Of a stretch of DNA of 64,000 nt, positions 58,733 through 64,000 are shown one piece after another (the first letter of the stretch is position 1; each line of letters starts with the position of its first letter). The notes below the pieces were generated by a model that worked only from the letters and a program-made list of their open reading frames with translations, was not told the DNA's origin and ran no database searches. The DNA comes from an uncultured beta proteobacterium (lineage in GTDB: Bacteria; Pseudomonadota; Gammaproteobacteria; Burkholderiales; Rhodocyclaceae). The position numbers and the translations under genes were made by a program. Where the stretch lies: contig CAJAWW010000011.1 in assembly GCA_903946745.1 (NCBI GenBank), positions 2,368 to 66,367 on the forward strand. The letters are read 5' to 3'.

Positions 58733-59788
58733 CTAACGCAGCGTCGCGTTAAGCGCCTCCAAGGCTTTGGAACCGGGGCACAGGTAGGCGTCGCCGAGTT
58801 GATTCAACGGCTTCTCCACAGTATTCAGATAGCGATGCAATTCCTCGGCACTGCTATCCACATAAAGTAAGCCGGTGACAATCTCGCCCAGCGCGTTTCT
58901 TTCCTGCAAATGATTCATCGCGCCGACCCGATCCGACGGATCGTAATCTGCTTCCAGTTTGCGCAAGTGCAGCACGGAGCCGTCGTGCTGCACGATGCGG
59001 CGCAGTGAGCCGGGCGGATAACTGGCCTGAATGTGGTCACGCGGCAGGATGACATCCAGCCGGTTGACGGCCTCGTTGTGCTCACGCACATAGTCGTAGC
59101 TCTTGGTTGAGCCGGAATGATTGTTGAAGGTGACGCAAGGGCTGAGGACATCGATAAAAGCCGGACCACGGTGGCGCAAAGCCCCCTTAATCAAGGGGAT
59201 CAATTGCTCTTTGTCGCCGGAAAAGCTGCGCGCCACGTAGCTGGCACCGAGTTGCAGCGCCAGCGCCACCAGATCGATCGGGGTGTCGTTGTTCACCACG
59301 CCACGCTTGCTCTTGGTGCCCTTGTCCGCCGTCGCCGAGAACTGCCCTTTGGTCAGACCATAGACGCCATTGTTCTCGACGATGTAGGTCATATTCACGC
59401 CACGGCGCATGGCGTGGGCGAACTGACCGATACCAATCGACGCGGAATCGCCATCGCCCGAGACGCCCAGATAAATCAGGTCGCGATTCGCCAGTGCGGC
59501 CCCCGTCAGCACCGACGGCATACGCCCGTGCGTGGTGTTGAAGCCATGCGAAGCACCGAGAAAATAGTCCGGCGTTTTGGATGAACAACCAATACCCGAC
59601 AGTTTGGCCACTTTGTGCGGCTCGATATCGAGATCGAAACACGCTTGCACCACGGCCGCGCTGATTGAATCGTGGCCACAGCCGGCGCACAGCGTCGAAA
59701 TGGCACCTTCATAGTCGCGGCGGGTGTAACCAAGCGTGTTGCGCGGGGCATCGGCGCGCAGCAGTTTGGGTTTGACGAGATAGGTCAT
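58733..59788 (-). CDS. korB: 2-oxoacid (2-oxoglutarate):acceptor oxidoreductase beta subunit (TPP-binding)
   Basis: 351 aa with CAGCGH and GDGD...N TPP motifs (VSGDGDSASIG, IVENNGVYGLTKGQ). Confidence 0.9.
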   Translation of the reverse strand: MTYLVKPKLLRADAPRNTLGYTRRDYEGAISTLCAGCGHDSISAAVVQACFDLDIEPHKVAKLSGIGCSSKTPDYFLGASHGFNTTHGRMPSVLTGAALANRDLIYLGVSGDGDSASIGIGQFAHAMRRGVNMTYIVENNGVYGLTKGQFSATADKGTKSKRGVVNNDTPIDLVALALQLGASYVARSFSGDKEQLIPLIKGALRHRGPAFIDVLSPCVTFNNHSGSTKSYDYVREHNEAVNRLDVILPRDHIQASYPPGSLRRIVQHDGSVLHLRKLEADYDPSDRVGAMNHLQERNALGEIVTGLLYVDSSAEELHRYLNTVEKPLNQLGDAYLCPGSKALEALNATLR

Positions 59789-61659
59789 GAGGCCACCTGT
59801 TTACGAATGGGCAGGGGCGTTACCTTGTGTGCGGCGAGCGCATCGGTAATTCTGCCGGAAATGAAGCGGGCGGTGATTGGCGTGCCGTCGTAATGCAGCA
59901 CACGGATCAGGCGTTTGGGATCCACTTCGCCCTCGTTAATTAACAGCATGCGCAACTGACCGCTTTCGTTCTGTTCGACAACAAAAACAGCGTCGCGCGC
60001 ATTGATGAAATCAATCACCTCGTCGGCGAACGGAAAGCCTCGCACCCGCAAGGTGTCGACGTGAATGCCCTGCGCTTCCAGCAAAGCAAAGGCCTCGGCC
60101 ATTGCCGGGCCGGTCGAGCCATAGTAAATGGCACCAAAACGGCTGGGTTGCGAGGCGCGTTGCAAAATGGGTGCCGGCACCAGTTTCTTGGCCGTTTCCA
60201 GCTTGCGCCGCAGGCGTTCCATGTTGTAAACATAGTCGGTGCCGACCTCGCTGTATTTGGCGTAGGCGTTGCGCGTGGTGCCGCGACTGAAAAACGCCCC
60301 CTTGGTCGGATGTGTGCCAGGAATCGTGCGCCAGGGGATACCATCACCATCGACATCAAGATAGCGCCCGAAGTTCTTGCCCGCTTCCAACTGTTCGGCG
60401 GTCATCACCTTGCCTCGGTCGTAACGACGTTGGTCGTCCCAGTCGAAGGGCTTGCACAGACGATCATTCATGCCGATATCGAGATCCAACAACACAAACA
60501 CGGGCGTTTGCAAACGGTCAGCAAGATCAAAGGCCTGCGCACCGAGCGTGAAGCATTCGTAGGGGTCTTCCGGGAACAGCAGCACATGTTTGGTGTCGCC
60601 GTGCGAAGCATAAGCACAGGCAATCAGGTCGGATTGCTGGGTGCGCGTCGGCATGCCGGTCGAGGGGCCACCACGCTGCACGTTGAAGATCACCACGGGC
60701 ACTTCGGCAAAATAGGCAAGGCCGAAAAACTCCTGCATCAGCGAAATTCCGGGGCCGGAGGTCGCTGTAAAAGCGCGCGCGCCATTCCAGGCGGCACCGA
60801 TCACCATGCCGATTGATGCCAGCTCGTCCTCGGCCTGCACCACGGCATAGCGGGCCATGCCATTGTCGGGGTCGGTGCGGTATTTGCGGCAGTAGTTGGC
60901 AAACGCTTCGATGACCGAGGTGGACGGCGTGATCGGATACCAGCCCGCAACCGTAGCGCCACCAAAGACGGCACCCAGCCCGCAGGCATCGTTGCCATTG
61001 ACGAAAATCATGTCACCGACGCCGTCGGCGCGTTCCACCCGCAAACCTAGCGGACACGAAAGATGCGTTTTGGCGTAATCGTAGCCGAGCTTGATGGCAT
61101 TGACGTTGGCGTCAATCAGCTTGTCCTTGCCACGATACTGGTCGGCGATCAACTTTACGACCGAATCAAGCTCCATGTCGAGCAAGGCCGTCAGCGCCCC
61201 GACGTACATGATGTTCTTGAACAACTGCCGCTGACGCGGATCGCTGTATTCGCGATTGCAGATTTCTGTGAGCGGAATGCCCAACACCGTGATGTCTTCG
61301 CGAAACCGCGACTTGGGCAAGTCCTTGGTCGAATCGTAGACGAGATAGCCGCCGGGTTCGATTTCCGCAATGTCACGATCCCAGGTTTGCGGATTCATCG
61401 CCACCATGAGGTCGCACCCACCCCGCCGTCCCAACCAACCAGCGGCCGAAACGCGCATTTCGTACCAGGTGGGCATGCCCTGAATGTTGGACGGGAAAAT
61501 ATTGCGCGGTGCCACCGGCACGCCCATGCGCATGATGGCGCGGGCAAACAGTTCGTTGGCCGACGCCGACCCCGAGCCATTGACGTTGGCAAACTTGATG
61601 ACGAAGTCGTTACAACGCTGGATTGGTTGGGTTACCTGCGTTGACTGGGTGGTATTCAT
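59785..61659 (-). CDS. korA: 2-oxoacid (2-oxoglutarate):acceptor oxidoreductase alpha subunit
   Basis: 624 aa alpha/gamma-fused pyruvate/2-oxoglutarate ferredoxin oxidoreductase domains (YPITPST, GGPSTGMPT). ATGA-type overlaps on both sides. Confidence 0.9.
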   Translation of the reverse strand: MNTTQSTQVTQPIQRCNDFVIKFANVNGSGSASANELFARAIMRMGVPVAPRNIFPSNIQGMPTWYEMRVSAAGWLGRRGGCDLMVAMNPQTWDRDIAEIEPGGYLVYDSTKDLPKSRFREDITVLGIPLTEICNREYSDPRQRQLFKNIMYVGALTALLDMELDSVVKLIADQYRGKDKLIDANVNAIKLGYDYAKTHLSCPLGLRVERADGVGDMIFVNGNDACGLGAVFGGATVAGWYPITPSTSVIEAFANYCRKYRTDPDNGMARYAVVQAEDELASIGMVIGAAWNGARAFTATSGPGISLMQEFFGLAYFAEVPVVIFNVQRGGPSTGMPTRTQQSDLIACAYASHGDTKHVLLFPEDPYECFTLGAQAFDLADRLQTPVFVLLDLDIGMNDRLCKPFDWDDQRRYDRGKVMTAEQLEAGKNFGRYLDVDGDGIPWRTIPGTHPTKGAFFSRGTTRNAYAKYSEVGTDYVYNMERLRRKLETAKKLVPAPILQRASQPSRFGAIYYGSTGPAMAEAFALLEAQGIHVDTLRVRGFPFADEVIDFINARDAVFVVEQNESGQLRMLLINEGEVDPKRLIRVLHYDGTPITARFISGRITDALAAHKVTPLPIRKQVAS

Positions 61660-63443
61660 GTTTTCTTCATCTCCATTCCGGCTTCAGCACTTTGCAGGAA
61701 GAATTTCTGCATGTCCCAGGCACCGGTGGGGCAACGCTCGGCGCACATGCCGCAATGCAGGCAGATGTTCTCGTCCTTGACCATGACGCGCCCCGTTTTG
61801 AGGACATCCGAGACGTACAGCGCCTGATCCTTGTTGCTCGCCGGAGCCTTGAGCCGCCCGCGCAACTCATCCTCTTCGCCGTTGCCGGTGAAAGTGATGC
61901 ATTCGGTCGGACAGATATCGACGCAGGCGTCACACTCGATGCAGGTTTTTACAGTGAATACCGTTTCAATATCGCAGTTGAGACAACGCTCGGCCTCGGC
62001 GCAGGCCATGTAGGGATCAAAGCCGAGTTCAAGTTCCAGCTTGATGTCCCTGAGCGTTTTTTCCAACGCCTTGACCGGCACTTTTTTGCGCTCTTCTTCC
62101 GACACCTGATTGTCGTAACTCCATTCATGTATGCCCATTTTCTGGCTGACCAGATTGAACATGGGCGGCGGACGCTGCAACAGGTTTTTGCCACGGCAAA
62201 AGAGATCAATCGAGATCGCCGCCTCGTGACCTTGCGCCGCAGCAGTAATGATATTTTTGGGGCCCAGCGCGGCATCGCCACCAAAAAATACCTTGGGCAG
62301 CGTCGATTGCAGCGTTGCGTTATTCAATACCGGCATGCCCCATTTGTCGAACTCAAGTCCGATGTCTTTTTCGATCCACGGAAAAGTATTTTCCTGCCCA
62401 ATGGCCACCAGCACTTCATCACATTCCATCAGCACATCCGGCTCTCCGGTGGGCACCAGACTGCGCCGACCCTTAGCGTCATATTCTGCGCGAACTTTCT
62501 CGAACAGCACGCCCCGAAGCAACCCGTCATCGTGGACAAATTCTTTTGGCACCATCATGTTCAGGATCGGAATGCCCTCGTGGATGGCGTCCTCTTTCTC
62601 CCACGGCGAGGCCTTCATCTCATCGAACCCGCTACGTACCACCACCGTGACCTCTTCGCCCCCCAGCCGACGTGCGGAGCGACAGCAATCCATCGCCGTG
62701 TTGCCACCGCCCAGAACAATCACGCGTCGGGAAATTTTGGTGGTGTGGCCGAACGCTACGTTGGCCAGCCATTCAATGCCGACATGGATGCAACTCGCCG
62801 CCTCTTTGCGTCCGGGGAGATCGGCATCGCGGCCGTGCGGGGCACCGGTGCCGACAAATACCGCATCCCAGGCACCATCGAGCAGTTCACGCAGGCTGGA
62901 AACCCACTGGTTATAACGGGTTTCGACACCCAGATTGATGATGTAGCCGCATTCTTCCTCGATCACATCATTGGGCAGACGAAATTTCGGAATCTGGCTG
63001 CGCATCATGCCGCCGGGTGCCGTGCCGCTATCAAAAACCGTCACCTGATAACCCAGCAAAGTCAGGTCGCGCGCCACGGTCAGCGAGGCCGGGCCGGCAC
63101 CGACGCAGGCAATGCGCTTGCCGTTCATTTTTTCCGGCGGACGCGGCAGCCGCTCCCGAATGTCATCTTTCAGATCAGCGGCAACGCGTTTCAGACGGCA
63201 AATAGCCACCGGCTCTTTGTCCACCCGGCCACGCCGACAAGCCGGCTCACAGGGGCGATCACACACCCGGCCGAGGATGCCCGGAAAGACATTTGACCGC
63301 CAGTTAATCAGGTAGGCCTCCGAATAATGCCCGGCTGCGATCAGCCGGATGTATTCGGGGACGGGTGTGTGGGCCGGACAAGCCCACTGGCAATCCACGA
63401 CTTTATGAAAATAGTCGTGCGCACCTATGTTCGTCGGTTTCAC
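61656..63443 (-). CDS. GltD-like NAD(P)H-flavin oxidoreductase fused to a 2x[4Fe-4S] ferredoxin domain (KorC-like)
   Basis: 595 aa. N-terminal Fe-S cysteines (CDRPCEPACRR), GxGxxG motifs (IACVGAGPASL, VIVLGGGNTAMD) as in the glutamate synthase small chain, and a C-terminal CLNCD...CIECDACVDICP...CLHCGMCAERCP. It overlaps the korA start. Confidence 0.8.
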   Translation of the reverse strand: MKPTNIGAHDYFHKVVDCQWACPAHTPVPEYIRLIAAGHYSEAYLINWRSNVFPGILGRVCDRPCEPACRRGRVDKEPVAICRLKRVAADLKDDIRERLPRPPEKMNGKRIACVGAGPASLTVARDLTLLGYQVTVFDSGTAPGGMMRSQIPKFRLPNDVIEEECGYIINLGVETRYNQWVSSLRELLDGAWDAVFVGTGAPHGRDADLPGRKEAASCIHVGIEWLANVAFGHTTKISRRVIVLGGGNTAMDCCRSARRLGGEEVTVVVRSGFDEMKASPWEKEDAIHEGIPILNMMVPKEFVHDDGLLRGVLFEKVRAEYDAKGRRSLVPTGEPDVLMECDEVLVAIGQENTFPWIEKDIGLEFDKWGMPVLNNATLQSTLPKVFFGGDAALGPKNIITAAAQGHEAAISIDLFCRGKNLLQRPPPMFNLVSQKMGIHEWSYDNQVSEEERKKVPVKALEKTLRDIKLELELGFDPYMACAEAERCLNCDIETVFTVKTCIECDACVDICPTECITFTGNGEEDELRGRLKAPASNKDQALYVSDVLKTGRVMVKDENICLHCGMCAERCPTGAWDMQKFFLQSAEAGMEMKKT

Positions 63444-63645
63444 GTTCGCTTGATCTCCCGTCTTCCCGTCACGATGTACGGCTCAAGTTCGCCGGCCGAT
63501 GGCCGCCCCTCAACGGGTGCACTCTAGCATCGTCAGCAGCGAAGAAATGCCGGCACTGAAATGTACGGAAAAAATTGCCCCAGTTTCCCATCGAACCAAA
63601 AATCGGCTAGTCTTCGAATCTCATCCTCTGCCGCGGTGACGCATC

Positions 63646-64000
63646 ATGGCCCTACGCGCCCTCATCTTCGATGTCGACGGTACCCTTGCCAATACAGAGC
63701 GCGACGGCCACCGTCCAGCCTTTAACGCCGCCTTTACCGAAGTGGGCCTTCCCTGGCACTGGGACGAGGCGTTTTACGGCACCTTGCTGGAGGTGACCGG
63801 CGGTCTGGAAAGAATCCGCCACTATGCTGAACGCTTTGATCCGGAAACCCGGCAACGCCCCGATTTTGACGAACTGCTACAGCGTATCCATGACATCAAA
63901 ACCCGTAACTACCAGCGCCTGCTGGCGGCGGGCGCTATTCCGCTGCGTGCAGACATCGGCCAACTGATTTGTGACGCCCGCACCGAGGGTGTGCGTCTGG
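63646..64000 (+). CDS. HAD-superfamily hydrolase, CbbY-like (3' end outside the window)
   Basis: MALRALIFDVDGTLANTERDGHRPAFNAAF has HAD motif I (DxDGT) and the CbbY-type N-terminus. The ORF runs off the window end. Confidence 0.75.
   Translation, partial: MALRALIFDVDGTLANTERDGHRPAFNAAFTEVGLPWHWDEAFYGTLLEVTGGLERIRHYAERFDPETRQRPDFDELLQRIHDIKTRNYQRLLAAGAIPLRADIGQLICDARTEGVRL

Noticed and set aside
61623-63296. 557-aa plus-strand ORF opposite the KorC-like gene, plus similar long antisense ORFs at 60061-60816, 61063-61644 and 10858-11988
   Set aside because: The opposite strand carries unmistakable enzyme motifs. These frames have none.

Overview
G+C-rich, densely coding chromosomal window with betaproteobacterial gene order; the taxon is inferred from synteny only. 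I found no rRNA, tRNA, CRISPR array, transposase or integrase by eye. About 60 CDSs are supportable.

Layout:
- 1-24 kb, housekeeping core. Minus strand: ugd, lapB-lapA, ihfB, rpsA, a fused aroA-cmk, tyrA, hisC, pheA, serA, serC, gyrA. Then mtaD-like, ompA-family and ubiG on the plus strand, then mltG-tmk-holB-tatD on the minus strand. A small AT-richer islet (MNT nucleotidyltransferase with a truncated HEPN stub, plus a retropepsin-like protease) is inserted between tyrA and aroA.
- 24-40 kb, signalling-rich. tadA is translationally coupled to a signal-less YkuD/GNAT fusion and a CHASE hybrid histidine kinase. A mirror-image locus has two diverging paralogous receiver domains, each arm ending in an HDOD protein, with bioF-bioH-bioC embedded in one arm.
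- 40-52 kb, a single co-directional run of 13 tightly spaced or overlapping genes. It starts with the O2-independent ubiquinone genes ubiU-ubiV-ubiT and an unlisted DUF1289 ORF. It continues into the most interesting part of the window: DUF350, an SPFH/SHOCT protein, a large Zn-ribbon/DUF4178 membrane protein, a 48-aa micro-ORF, a membrane-embedded aminopropyltransferase, a Tat-lipoprotein flavin amine-oxidase-like enzyme, a pyruvoyl AdoMet-decarboxylase, a class III nucleotide cyclase and napF.
- 52-64 kb, anaerobic respiration and carbon metabolism: napDAGHB (no napC), a PAS-GGDEF protein, a korC-like/korA/korB 2-oxoacid oxidoreductase trio, and a partial CbbY-like HAD hydrolase.

I read the 42.7-51.8 kb cluster as a candidate PspA-less, polyamine-linked membrane or envelope module. 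I believe parts of it were noticed in comparative genomics, but as far as I know it has not been characterised experimentally.

All domain calls come from motif recognition in the supplied translations. No database search was run.
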